A stretch of 64,000 nucleotides of DNA from Glaucostegus cemiculus (lineage: Eukaryota), in NCBI GenBank assembly GCA_976551045.1, contig CDPCPM010000344.1:11284001-11348000 (forward strand), given 5' to 3'. The notes beneath the pieces are model-generated. The model saw only the letters and a program-made list of their open reading frames with translations, was not told where the DNA came from and did no database searches. Positions within the stretch are counted from its first letter, which is position 1. Each line of letters begins with the position of its first letter. Positions 1 through 12,850 of the stretch are shown here, one piece after another. The translations under genes and the position numbers were made by a program.

Positions 1-299
1 CTGATGGTGAGACCGGGGGCAGAGGGAGAGCCCGGGTGCCTTTGCCTGACCTCCAGTGCCATCCCATGTGGAGGCGTGGAAGGTGCTGGTGTGTGCATTG
101 AGTAGTCAGTGGTTCCCTATGTTACTGAGTTCCAACCCTTTAAACCAAGACCCCCTCTGAACCCACAGCTGGGTCAATCCATGACTATATTCAAAGAGGA
201 GCAAGCAAAGTTCTCCTGCTATGTTCACCAATATGCAACCATGAGCCAATGTTATGCAAACACTGGTCAGATAATCTGTTCTGATTGCTTGTTAAAGCT

Positions 300-1050
300 T
301 GCTGTGCACAAAGCTATCACACTCCTTTCCAACCTTACAGTAGTGACAGTATGTCAAATACACCTTGTTACTGTAAAAAGCCGCTCGCGGCATCTTCAGA
401 CCTGTCAAGGTCACTATTTAAATGCATGTCTTTGCTGTCGAGGATCATAGTGAAGTTATACAGATCAGAATCGTTCTGCCTCCTTGACTGGGGGTACAGA
501 AGTGTATGCCCCTCACCCTCCACAGTGCCTGTCCCAAATGTATGTACATACAGCAGTTTCAAGTGCTGGTACTCAAACTTGCCATCAGCAGTGTGTGAAG
601 CAAGCAACATACAAGGCAGCCTGGGTCTTCAATCTGGTACCCAGAAGCTGACTAATCTGTTAGCATGGCTCTAATATGTGGAAGCCACTTGCTGACCCTT
701 CAGTGCTTCCTAATTGTGGTCTGCAACATGTTCCAGTGATTCCATGAGGTATCTGCAGTCATGGGATGTGAACGTCATAGACACACGCACTCCTTGCTGC
801 CTAGCTGTGGGAGACAGGGCCCTCAGTATATGGTTGTGGTTGAGGCAGTACCTCCTATATTGCAGCATTCCCCTAGTGCTCAGTATTGAAAATCTCCTGT
901 GGAGTAAAGTGGCAGGTTTGGAAGAGGAGTCTGTACGGCATAAGGTGCTCTCCAATTACACAGTGCTGAAATATATTCATCAAATGGGTTGTGGTGATTT
1001 TTGTTTCCTTGAGCAAAGATCTTCTAATTATCCTTTTATTTAAAACAAGC
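300..1050 (-). mobile_element. Possible highly decayed hAT-type transposase remnant
   Basis: Minus-strand peptide pieces across several frames (NHILRALSP, RLVSFW, DGKFEYQHLKL) resemble the C-terminal hAT pattern (R.D.YW...G..KYP.L.KL); many stops and frameshifts. Confidence 0.3.
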
Positions 1051-1348
1051 ATTTTCATACTTCAAGTAAAAGTGAAATACTTCACACAAAGTAAAAGAAG
1101 GCAATTGCAGTGAATCTTTGGTAGAGTGTTCAAGTGCAGAGAGAAGGGATTAAAGGGATTTGGTTAGAAGACAAGCAAACCAGGTTTATGTCTGACCAAA
1201 GGAAAGGTTTGTTGAATATAATGGCTCTTTGGCCACTTTTTTAGTGATGTAACTGGTGTTGTACTTGTTCTATCACTCATCTGACATCTTCACAGGATCT
1301 TTGTGAAGATTATAGCTGTATAATTATTCTGATCTGCCCTATTCTCAG

Positions 1349-1476
1349 AACCTAAACCTTACAGTCGCCCAGGACTGGACCAGAGCCCTGCAGAGGCTGA
1401 TCAGGATTAAGGAGGATGAGATCCAGGCAGCAAACAAGTGCCACCTCCGTCTCCTGTTACCAGGGAAACCAGACAA
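1349..1476 (+). CDS. ARHGEF10L: ARHGEF10L coding exon (1st in window; gene is 5'-partial)
   Basis: attctcag|AAC...GACAA|gtaag; translates [43 protein letters not shown], matching my recollection of vertebrate ARHGEF10L (..[16 protein letters not shown]); 128 nt, ends phase 2. Confidence 0.92.
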
Positions 1477-1744
1477 GTAAGGGGGGTTATGGTGGTGGTA
1501 AGAGGAGTGGAGCAGTGTCCTACAGAATCACTTTAATCTAAGCAATTTGAATTTGTCGTCAAGTTTGTGTGCCAATGAGCTATTGTGGGAATTATTTCCC
1601 TAAATAGGGCTGCAGATATTTTTAAGCTACAATCTAAAGATACAGTACTATACAATGTTTTTGAAGGAACTGGGTTATTCTGGTGACTCTTTCCATTATG
1701 CAGGTTGCAGAGCACGTTGAAGTTTTAAAGGAAGCACTAGAGTC

Positions 1745-2087
1745 ACTGAAAGTCTGAAATAAAAACGAAAAAATGCTGGAAACACTCAGTAAGTTAGACA
1801 GCACCTGTGGAAAGAAAAACTGTTTACTTTTCGGCTTGAACACCCTTCATCAGAACTGGGAGAGGGAAAAACAATTTAGGTTAAAGTTACAGAGAGTTTG
1901 GAGGAGGGATCCGATTGGAGATAATCCCTTTGTCCTCTCTGTCCCTCCTCTACCCTCTCCAGAACTTAAAACTAACTTTTCTCTCTTTTCTAGTCTTGAT
2001 GGACCTTCAACCTGAAACATGAACTCTGTTTCTGCTTCCACAGCTGCTGCCTAACCTAAGTGTTTCCAGTATTTTGTTTTTTATTGC
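1745..2087. mobile_element. Penelope-derived fold-back short element with hammerhead-like motif
   Basis: Arms aaatgctggaaacactcag...cagcacctgtggaa and ttccacagctgctgc...tgtttccagtatttt are inverted; minus strand 1858-1820 reads CAGTT CTGATGA A GGGTGTTCAAGCC GAAA AGTA AACAG. Confidence 0.65.
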
Positions 2088-2860
2088 AAAACTCATTGCC
2101 AGCCAGTTTTGTGCAATTGTTTTTGCTTTCCTTCTGTTTTATTAATCTGACCAGCAAATGTTCCACTGAATTGTCCCACTAAAAACTTTTCCTTCCGATG
2201 TGGCTTGGCCTATGGTGCATTTGTTGTGTTTGGTTTGTAGTGCTGACAGCTTCATTGGTTCTTTTCCTTTCAATAATGCAGTTAATCCTTGTTTGAATTT
2301 TGTTCCTTTTGGAGGCCTCTGATCTTAGAGCAGAATAAAATGTTGGCGTAACATTGTAGGCCTAAGGGCCTGTACTGTGCTGTAATGTTCTGTGGTGAAC
2401 GGTATGATCCAAGAACCCAGCTATGCAAGTTGGGTTTCTCTGGCAGTGGGATGTGAACCACGAGAGAGCCATCTGCATTTACTAAGATGTCCTAAATATG
2501 TCAAATGGCATTTTCTTAATGTGACTGGTTAAAGCTTTTTTTTAAATAAAAAGGCATCTCTGTTGTTTTTTGTATTAAATGTCTTAGTTAATAACTAATT
2601 TAGTAGAATTTCTCCATTTTTTTTTTTAAGTTGCCGTTTTCTAAATCTGCTTGCAGGAGTGCCTTTCGAATGGTTGTAAACAAACTTAGCTTTTAATCTA
2701 TAATTCACAGCAACTTGCACCCTGAGAGAGCTGTACAAAACTTGCTTAATAATAAGTAAACCACCTTTGACTTTCTGAGAATTGTTTAAGATTTCTTCTG
2801 TCTAGTAAACTAAACTGTGATTAATTCTTCTTTTCCTCCCAAACCTCCTTTCCCTTCCAG

Positions 2861-2961
2861 GTCTGGCAGGCCGGTTAGCTTTATGGTGGTGTTCAATACG
2901 CCGAACCCCCGCAGCAAAATCTCTTGGGTGAATCAGCTGCACATGGCTAAAATTGCATTAA
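2861..2961 (+). CDS. ARHGEF10L: ARHGEF10L coding exon 2 in window
   Basis: Long polypyrimidine tract + ccag|G; [33 protein letters not shown]; donor A|gtaggt; 101 nt, phase 2 to 1. Confidence 0.93.
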
Positions 2962-4610
2962 GTAGGTAATGGTCTGGTGATGTGCGAACTTATAGCCCAA
3001 TACTTTTCCCTCCCCATACACCTCTTAACAGAAGTTAATGTTGCCTGCTTCATACTCCGGTGATTGAGTTTGGGTACCAGTGACGACAAGCACTGGGATT
3101 TTAGGTATGTGTGTGCACGTGGGGGCGTGTGTATTTTCATCTGAGTTGAGTAGGCAGAGTTATCCTCTCCTCCATAACTTCACTGATTCTCTAATCAGTG
3201 ATGCAGAGAGCAGGTGAAATCGCTGGAGCAGTAAGGATCTGTTCTCACTTTGACTTTGTCCACGCTCTGAACCATCTCCAGGTCAGCATAATGTGAATGA
3301 GCTCCAGTAAGGAGCCTTTTCCCACCAGACCCCTGACCCTTGGCTTTTACCAAGTGAAAAATTTAGTTGAGAGATGGACAGTGGGATCATGCCCAGTATT
3401 AATTGAATGGTGGCTGGAAGATTTTTCAAAATCCTAATAATGGTCTAAATAACAGGCAATTTTCCATATATTTTTTTAAATAAAGTAAGAAAATTGGAGC
3501 AGAGGCATTCAGTTTTCTAAATAAAAATTTCAAGCAACCTGTTCAAACTATTTGGTGAAGGCACCAATTGATGGCAACCTTTTTATCCTTGGTCTGGAGC
3601 TAGTAATTACATGAGTCACTGTAAATGGAGTTCTTCAAAGCAGAAATGTTTCATCTCGGAGGGAGGAAGACAGGATGGAAGTGCATGAAACCACTGTTTA
3701 CTCTCCGCCAGCAGACGGTGAAGTGTTAGTCTCCCCACTATTCTCTCAGTATATTGTCGAACAATTACATGTCCTGAATTGACCTGGAACGACAAACACC
3801 CCCTGCTGGACAGCGTGTGTCTGTACTCTGACACCAAGTAATTACAACATCTGACAAAACTCGCTTTATAAATTTGATCTGTCAGCTGGTTTTCGAGATT
3901 AATTAGCTTTCCTATTAAGGTGTGTAGGTCGCTTTTCATTTTGAGGGCATTTAATTACCTAGCAATTCATAGCACAGAATGGATTTTAATGGTTTCTGAT
4001 CTACATAGGCCATGAAATGGTCTCATAACTGCTCTCTGAAATTGTTAGGACATTCACATTATGGATCAGTGGGAATTATTTAGCATCAGAACTTTAATCA
4101 GGATTTAAAGGCTTGGTTGTCTTGAAAGCTGCTATGGTAAATCTTTGCCTAGTTTAACTCTGAAACATGCACATTGGAAGACACTAGGTTCAATCTCCCA
4201 CCAGCCGGTAAGTGCAATGTTTTCAGTGAGGTCCAACAATGGGTATTGCACAGCTGGAGTTGCTACTTGCAGCTGGGAGTGTTTGGTAGTTGGCTGGATT
4301 GAGACATGTTCATGGGTGTCAGAGGTGAGACTTGTGCACGTAGCCATTCATTGTGCCAAGGTATCAGGAAAACCAGGTGCTGTGCCACTGTGTGGTAGCA
4401 TAAGTCACTCACTAATGAAGTAACATAACATAATGAAGAAAGCTAGGTGATTTTTAAAGGGCACTATTTTTGAACCGCTCGAAGCTAATTATAGCTGAAT
4501 TAGAATTAATAGTTGAAACTTGATTGAAATGCTCTGAGTGTCTTGTAGTAACTTTAGAGTATGTGCGCTTTTTAAAAAAAAGATTGCTTTATCTTTTCTT
4601 GTGTCCCCAG

Positions 4611-4732
4611 CATCAGAGAACCAGCCTGGCTGGTTCTGTATCGAGGATGATGGGAAGACAAAGGCTCCTTTTTGGTGCCCTTTGCTCGCCTGTCGTATGC
4701 CCATGTATGGCTCAAAGTGTCAGGACCTTAAG
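4611..4732 (+). CDS. ARHGEF10L: ARHGEF10L coding exon 3 in window
   Basis: gtccccag|CA; (T)SENQPGWFCIEDDGKTKAPFWCPLLACRMPMYGSKCQDLK; donor AAG|gtaagc; 122 nt, phase 1 to 0. Confidence 0.93.
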
Positions 4733-4874
4733 GTAAGCCAAGAAAAAGCATCAAACAGTCCTGTACTCTTTGAAATGTCTATATTTTATACATATTTAGC
4801 TACATGTAAGTGTTTCAATCTTTTTATTCTTAAAGAGGGATCATGCATTCAAGTAGCACATTTTGCAATAAAAG

Positions 4875-5205
4875 GGCAGCATGATGGTGCAGCAGTTAGT
4901 GCTGCTGCCTGATACCTCCAGGGCTCTGACCTTGGATGGTGTCTGGAGTCTGCACGTACTCTGTAATCATCTGGGTTTCAATGGGTGCTTCGATTTCCTC
5001 CCACATCTCAAACAGACGCTGGTAGGTTAATCTAAAGTGTCCTTTAGTATAGATTAGTGGCAAAAAGAATCAAAAGGGGAGATGATGGACAGTTATGAGA
5101 AAAAATAAGATGCAGGAGTACAGGGTAATAAGGAGAGGGAGTGGGACTAATGGGAGCCAGTGTACACCTGATGGGCCAAATGGTCACCTCTTTTGCCATT
5201 ATAAA
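4875..5205 (+). mobile_element. tRNA-derived SINE (V-SINE/HE1-like), decayed
   Basis: tRNA-like head ggtgcagcagttagtgctgctgcc; core ttcctcccacatctcaaa...ggtaggttaat shared with other copies in the window. Confidence 0.6.
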
Positions 5206-7679
5206 TATAAGAACATCCCAAATCATTTACAATCACTTGAGGATAATTAACATGGTGTCACTGTGATAAAATGGATGCCACTGCAGACAGTTTTTTTATA
5301 ACCATATTTATTTTTGGGAATTATTTTTCAAAATTTTACTAATCCCTGTTCAAGGTCTGTATCACCAGTCCCCCTGGGCAAGGGATGGTGTAAGTGGAGT
5401 CTGCCTCTGTTTGCAGCAAAGTGTTGTAGAGTCATTTGTAGGAAATTTGTTCAGTCTACTTTGTCTCAAGTAACAGGCAAGGGTAGCCCTTGTGTTGGTC
5501 TGTGCTGTACTGGATGCCACTGTCTCAAATCAGGCCACATGACTTCTGTTCTCACTTTTTGGGCAAGTTCCAAGTACATTTTGATCTGACATCCAGCATT
5601 GGTCACTCTAGACAGTGTGTATGATGGCATTCAGCTCAATAACTAAGTATCGCCACCTTTTCATTTTAATCATTTGGGCACCTGGTTTTGCCTTTGTCTG
5701 TTCTTGGTGTGAGGCACTCCTCATAAAATTTGCAGCAGAACGGTTTGATTTTCAGAGCCAGGGAAAAGCAATGTGGCCAAATAAACCAATGCCTCTTCCA
5801 GAGAAGAACCCTAAAACTGGCTACCTTGTAATGTTTCTTGGTTCCTTTTCTCCCCTTGGACCCATTTGTAGTGTTCAATTCTGTCCCCTTCATGGTTGCT
5901 TTCTCCATTTTCCTCCTGGATCTCTGGTGTTTAGTTTTTACACACATAGCTTAATGTGTCAGATTGTGCATGATAGGAATGGACACATATCTTGGCTTCA
6001 AATAGGGGCCAAAAAAAAGTTAATTGATTCCATGTCAAAGATATTTGAATAAGTACATAGGGAATGTTTGGAGGGATATCAGCCAAATGTGAGCAAATGC
6101 AACTAGCTTAGGTGGGCATATTGGTCAGCATTGAAGAGTTGGGCTGAAGGGTCTGTTTCCATGTTGATGTACTGTGTGACTCTAAGTCATCATCATGGGT
6201 GAAGCCATTTGTTAAGGTGCACTGCACTTCTAATTTGCAATTCTGCCAGGCTGGCAGTGAAGAGAATTTATTTTCTATTGTACCACAATTCACATTGTGA
6301 TGCATTTAGCAATTGAACTAGTAAGGGATTAAAGGAAAATATCTTCTGGATGTTGGATGCTTGTGCAGAGTAACCCCTGAATTAAATGTCATCTTTGTTG
6401 ACTGTGAGTGGGGGTGGGGTGAGGAAGAGGAGAGTGCATTGCGTAACATGCTCCACTTGTGCCTCCCACTGTGTTATATGGGCAATCGTTCTTGGCTTAT
6501 TTGACTCCAATATTTTGGATTTGCAAGATTAAAATATATCAATCTCCAAATAGCAGTCTGAAATCCAATGTTATCTAAATGCTAATCACTAATTGGAAGC
6601 TGGAAGGGGAATGTAGTGAATGAATCTAAGTGGAACATTTGGCTGATGGCTTATTAAAACATAAATTTTTATTTGTGATTTGCTTTTGGGTGGGTGGAAA
6701 AGGTGGACTGGCAGTTTGGTAAGGTGAAATGGATGTACTTGGAGCCCTATAGGCAGCTGTTTTGCATGCAGCAAGGTGCGGCAGAAAGCAAATAGGATGA
6801 ATGAGCATTTGACATATTTTTGCGAGCACTGTGTAAAGAGGGATTGTAAGCTGTGATACTAGAAATCTTCACTGCTCTTTCAGTGGCCCCAAGGATCATT
6901 TGTGCTCATTTCAAAAAGTGGAGCAGGTAGATGGAGACTTCCTTTCAGGTGCAGTCTCATTGGGGAGGTGGTCTCAGTATATCATGGGGAAATGTTGACA
7001 GTAACTTGAGACATTTGCCTGCTCAACTGACAATAATCCTGGGACTTCTATGCAAATACAAAAGTTCTGAAGTTGTAGTCTGTTGTTTGCAATATTTTTC
7101 ACAAACATGACTCCTCGTGAAGTCTTGTACAAAGTTGCAACAATTCCCCAGCAATTGTATTGGGGAATTTATCAAAATAACCTGTGCCAGATTAGACATG
7201 GTACAGGAACAGTGTCTTTATCCATTGGTATGGAGAGGCTAAAGTATAATTTTAATTGTTTTAATTTATTTTAATGTTTTAGTTTTAAGTATATTTAAGT
7301 AATATGATTTTTATTTATTTTTTCTACGCCTTCTGTATTAATAATTTTAGAATGCTTTGATTCTGAATGTTAGACTATCAGAAACATGCAGAGTTTTTAA
7401 TAGTTGACTAAGCTGGGAGGCATGGTTTGGCCATCTCTGGCTATTTCATGGACAAATCTTTTTTTTGGTTCCCTGCTCCCTCATGTGGCACTACTTATAC
7501 ATGGAGCACCCTTCAATTAGCCTGCCTTCCTTGTCAAGTACTCCTGTTTGACATACTCTTAGTTGATGTCCAAAGACTGATCCTTTGGTTAAGAAACCGA
7601 CATCTGGTAGGTGCTCTTAGATCTGTGCTGCAGCATTAGTCAGCAGTAACAGCTCCTCTTTGCATTGTATTTTAACACC

Positions 7680-7815
7680 CTGCCCCCCACACAGCCCACA
7701 TATACAACCAACACGCACCCAGCCCCCCACACACACATTGTCCCTCACACTCACTCCCACCCCACAGACATCACATGCATGCATCTCTCACACCTATCCC
7801 ACACACCAACCACGC
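7680..7815. repeat. C/A-rich low-complexity tract (degenerate CA repeat)
   Basis: cccccccacacagcccacatatacaaccaacacgcacccagccccccacacacacatt... Confidence 0.8.
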
Positions 7816-8869
7816 ATATATCCCATTTGGACTGTAAAATCATATAAATATGATTTTATAATATAAGCAAAGTAGAACAATGCAAATGTTTGTAACGCAC
7901 ATCATTTTTCCAGTGGAATATTGACTGTCATTGACACTATTTGTGTCGATCTATATTGGTGGATGGAAGAGGGAAGCGAATGGGAGTATTATTCAAAAAA
8001 GATCTATGGAGAAGAAGAGAGGGGATGTGTCACTGTTAAAGGTAACAAATTAACTGGAGAATTAGTGCTGGTCATGTTTAGGAGCTGCAGTCATCATTAA
8101 TGCAACAAATGTTCCTGCAGTATTGCCACAGCTTGACAAAAGAAAGGAGGTTTCTTTTGGAAAGTATTAGAACTCAGATGATTCACTGCATAAACGTACT
8201 CAGATTCCTGTGACACTCCAATCCTCAGAGTATTGAACTAGTCAGAATAAATTGTTGAAAGAGACATGCAACGAAGTGCCTGTGTGTGGTTGATGGTGGG
8301 TTGTGAGAAATGCATATAAGAGTACATAAAAACTGGTCACATGAGAGTTGTGTTAACACTTGCAAAACTGTTTGCATGATGTTGGTTATGATACTGTTTT
8401 CAGCTTATTGCTTCAAAATTCAAAATGTGAATTCATATGGGAAGACAAGATACACTGGAAAATTTATCCATATCAACGGTTACTGGAATATGTATGATCA
8501 CTTTTTATTTAAAAGGATGATCTAGCTGTGAGAATTAGAAGGAACAATGCACTTTGGTCTATGATTGTTTGATGGTACAGATAATGGGCAGATCGTGCTG
8601 ATGGCTGGCTGGTGGTGTCTTGAGTCAAGAGACCCACAGTAATGATCTGAACTGAGAGTTGGACACACTTCTCATCTGTCACCTCAACTTTAGGTCAACT
8701 ATGGCTGCTGCATCCAAAGCATTCCGAATGGTGGAAAGCAGTTTGTTTCCTATAACTTTAATAGGAGATCAATAGCGCAAGAGCATGGCGGTTCATTGCA
8801 AGCTGCTCCCTGCAGATCTATTCATTACTTCTATTATAATCATTCTACTCTTTTAAATCTAAATTCTAT

Positions 8870-9065
8870 GACTGTAAGATGACCTTGCACCTTATGGTCT
8901 GCCTGTACTGCACTTTGTAACCGTAACACCTTTTATTCTGCATTCTGTTATTGCTCTCCTTTGTACTACCTCAATGCACTGTTGTAATGAAATGATCTGT
9001 GTGGATGGCAAAGATTTTTCACTGTACCTTGGTACATGTGACAATAATAAACCAATTTACCAATA
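8870..9065 (+). mobile_element. Non-LTR retrotransposon 3' tail (Rex1/L2-type)
   Basis: gaccttgcacctta...tttcactgtaccttggtacatgtgacaataataaaccaat; near-identical tail at 34725-35003. Confidence 0.6.
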
Positions 9066-9164
9066 TACTAATGCATCTCAAAAGGAGAACAGCTTTATTA
9101 AAAATATGATTGGTTCAATACAAAAATGAGGAAGTGGGAATTACTGTTTTATTGCCCTCATTGG

Positions 9165-9740
9165 AACATAAGTAGGAGCATGAGCAGGCAAAATGGCTAT
9201 TGGGGCTTGATTTAACTTTCAGTACAATTATGCTGGATCACTTCTTGACCTCAGCTCTACTTTCCTCCTGTTTACTACAATATTCAACTTTCCTGTGGAC
9301 CAAAAATCTGTCTTGACCTCATATATACTCAATGACTTCACCTCTGTAGCTCAGTGGGATAGAGAATCCAAAGATTCATGATCATCTGAAAAAAGAAATT
9401 CTTGCTCGTCCCCATCTGAATTGGATGATGCTTTATTCCTCTGGTTTCAGATGCTCCCATTTCTCTCTATCCTGTCAAGCCTTTCAATAAGATCTCATTC
9501 CACTAAACTCTAACGAGTATAGGGCCAACTTGCTTGACCATTCTTCATAGGACACTCCCTTTAATCACAGGAATCAACTAAGTGATCCTTCTCTTGACAG
9601 CTGCCAATGAAGGTAAATTCCTCCTTAAATCAGGAAAGCAAACAATACAGTACTCAAGGTATGATCTAATCCATATCCTGTATAGTTGTACCTAAAACAT
9701 CCTGCCTTTTGCACTCTACCTCCTTGCAATAGAGGTCTTG
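9165..9740 (-). mobile_element. Old CR1 LINE 3' fragment
   Basis: aacataagtaggagca... end motif and gaattccaaagattc/aagaaattc-like 3'-RT remnants similar to 51360-51830 and 58002-58400. Confidence 0.55.
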
Positions 9741-11399
9741 TTGACATCTGTTGGTCTTTGCCTCCGCACCCTTCACCTGTCAGTCATCAGCTGTGTCGGG
9801 AAGACTTGCCACAGCTGAAGCACTAGATTAATGTGCGAAATGGAGGTTGTAACTTCAAATTTGTTGACAGGCTATGAACTCTAGGTTAATATTCTACCTG
9901 ACCTTCTGATCAAGGGTATAAACTCAAAATGATAACTTCCTTTTTCAGAGAGTTTTCCACCTTTTATAGTGCACCTCCAGCATCTTCTGTCTCTGTTTAT
10001 TGTCTATGATTTGCAGTCATCTTTTCTCATTACTGTTTAGTAGCCATTATTGGCAAATTGCTGTTTTGAGCTTCAACGAATTCAGTTCATTTGGCAACTG
10101 ACCTCAGCTCCAGTTAACGGATAGATAAGGCCACCTGTTTCTCCCCTGAGTGAATTCAGGCTCTTCTGTGACCTTCCTCTCTCAATTATCAAAGCATTTA
10201 AGATGCATTAGGTGTCATTTTCCTGCCTTGTTTGTGTTGAGCTAACATAATGAAATGTTGACTGCTGACCCCCAATTCAAGGGCTGTGATTTGCCAAGCT
10301 ATGAATGAATAATCGAAGGTGAGGTTGAAAACTGATCCTCCATCTGTTGAGTTTATTTCAGTGCACTTTCTGATATGTGCCAAAATACTTTGTTTGAAGT
10401 TAGACTTTTCTGTTTATTCTGCTGTCTAATATCACCATTTTATGTGTGAATAATTGATGTTGACATGATTTATGTTTATTTTCCGTAACAATACCAGACA
10501 CTTAAGAACTTGAACCTTGGGTCCACTAATTATAGTGACTGAGTGATTGGGATCTTGTGAGCTTTTCTGGTTTGGAGGTCATTTTCCATGACTTGCATTT
10601 GTTTGTCTCTGTAAATCAAATTACAATATTTGTTTCATAACCTGAGCTGATAGTTCCGTACAGTGGTGAGGGGGTGTTCCAACCTCGAAGATTCCACTCC
10701 TACTAAGATATTAAGCTTCTGAAAAGACACAAAAACAGTAAATAAATAATTGACCTGGTCAGCTGTTTAAGTGACGATTGGTTGAGGGATAAATGATGAA
10801 GGCGGCACCTTGCTGTTTGAAATAATACCGCCTAAAGGACTGATGGGGCCTCTGCTTAATGCTTTTCCCAGCTGACAGTATCTCTGTCACCCTCTTAGCC
10901 CAATATTAGATAATGCACTTCAATCTCAGGAATATCAGAATCAGTTTTTATTGTCACTACTATATACACATTCAGTATGCATAGGAGCGAAATACTGTAC
11001 TCCACAGATCAAGGTGCTCGTCACATTAAAAAAGAAACAACCAATGAGAGACAGAAAGACACTAAAGTCATTGGAACCACAAAATTAAATAGTGACTCAA
11101 ATAAACAATCTTAGAGTGAGCATACTGAGGCAGCAGACAACGGACTCATTGCTGAATTGTCAGTGCAAAACTTGTTGAGTAAGCCAATCTACTTCGAGAT
11201 TAATTGCTTGGGAAAGATCTGCAGGATATGTTAAATCCGTTAAGTAAGTGAACAGTTGATGGAAGTGGAATTTGTGTATTAAATTACTCCTGCATTATTG
11301 ATAATCTCGTAGTGTCTATAAGTAGAAAATAATAGGATCCAGTGACAAATGTCTAAATGTTTAATTTGAACAGTAATCAGAAAATATGTCCCATCATGG

Positions 11400-12850
11400 T
11401 TGTACTGATCTGAGAAAGTTACCTAGCCCAGTCTCAATCTGCAGCATTGGGCCTGCAGCCCTGCAGGTCACAACTCTTCAAATACACATCCCAATCATTC
11501 TTCAAATATGGTGGGAGTTTTTTTTCCACCCTTCTGGGCAGTGAGCTCCAGACTACCCTCTATAAACCATTTGCCACTTATTTCAAATCTGTACCTCTTT
11601 GCCAAGGGAATTAGCTCCTTGCTACTTTCTCTAACTAGGCCCGTAACATTTTTACACAACTCAAATGTCTCCTTCTGCCTTCATTTCAAAAAGAAACAAC
11701 CACACTTCTTTCCAATCTTGTAGCTAAACTCTCCAGTCCTGGCAACATCTGAGTAAATCTACTCTGCATCCTCTCCATTGCATTCACATCTTTCCTGTTG
11801 TGGCCAGAACAGTACACAGTTCCCAGGTGGTATTCTAACTGGTAGTGAATTTGATTCTAGCATCACCTCTCTGTTCTGGTACTCTATGCCTCAGCTGATT
11901 AAAGAAAGCATCTTATATGCCTTAACCACCTTACTGAGATCTATAGACGTACATTCTCAATTCTCTTTGATCCTCCACACTTTTGATTAATCTCCCGTTT
12001 ACTGTACAATCCCTCGCCATGTTGCACAATATCATATGCATTACCTCTCTCTTTCCTAATTGATGAGATAATCCACATCTTCCTGCACTCTAAATCTTTC
12101 CTCCTCACTCAATCACGTGGCCAATTTTTGTATCATTGCAAGCTATTTTATCCTGGCTCTCTACATTTAAGTTAAAGTATTAAAATAGGTTTAGAAAGGA
12201 AGTGAGTGGTGAGCCTTCTGGAACCCCGTTAATAATGGTCTTCCAGTCACAAAAGCACTTGTCAAGCATTACCCTCTGCTTCCTGCCACTGAATAAGTTT
12301 TGCATCCAGTTTGCAGCTCTTCCTTCAATCCTATGGACCTTTTAACTTTTTGACCAGCTTGCCATAGAACAAAAGTCCTGCTAAAATCCTTGTGAACTGT
12401 ATCAAGCACATTACTTTCTTTGCCCCTACTTGCTGCTACTTCAAAAATTTAATCAAGGTGGTCAAAACATTCTCTCAACAAATTCTTGCTGACTCTTAAT
12501 TAGTCTCTGCGATGCTACAAATTGACCATTGGAGTTAACTTCATTGGTGGAAAAATTATTGGAATTAACTTAATTCATCTGTAATTACTTGCTTATTTCT
12601 TCATCCCCTTTCTTTAGCGTGATATGATGTTAGAGGTCCTTCAGTCTTCTGACAAGACTCCTGTGGTCACAGAGGATTGAAGAATGCTGCTTAGAGTCTC
12701 TGCAATTTCCTACATTTCATAAAGGCCTGATGACTTAGCCACTTTCAAAGATGCTATATCCCTTAATAGGTCCTCTCTTACTACTTTTACCTTAGCTAAT
12801 TTTTCATACACTCAACAGTAGCATCAGCATTGTCTCCCTCAAGACAATCA
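11400..12850 (-). mobile_element. Old CR1 LINE RT fragment
   Basis: Degenerate matches to the antisense CR1 ORF2 seen elsewhere (ccagtcctggcaacatc, ccagaacagtacacag, cattaccctctgcttcctgcca, ttcagtcttctgaca). Confidence 0.6.

Noticed and set aside
5615-6052. 145-aa intronic ORF (also 19873-20304, 143 aa)
   Set aside because: No recognisable domain or splice context; lengths are compatible with chance in 64 kb
7660-7866. Pro/His/Thr-rich ORFs
   Set aside because: Translation of a C/A low-complexity tract
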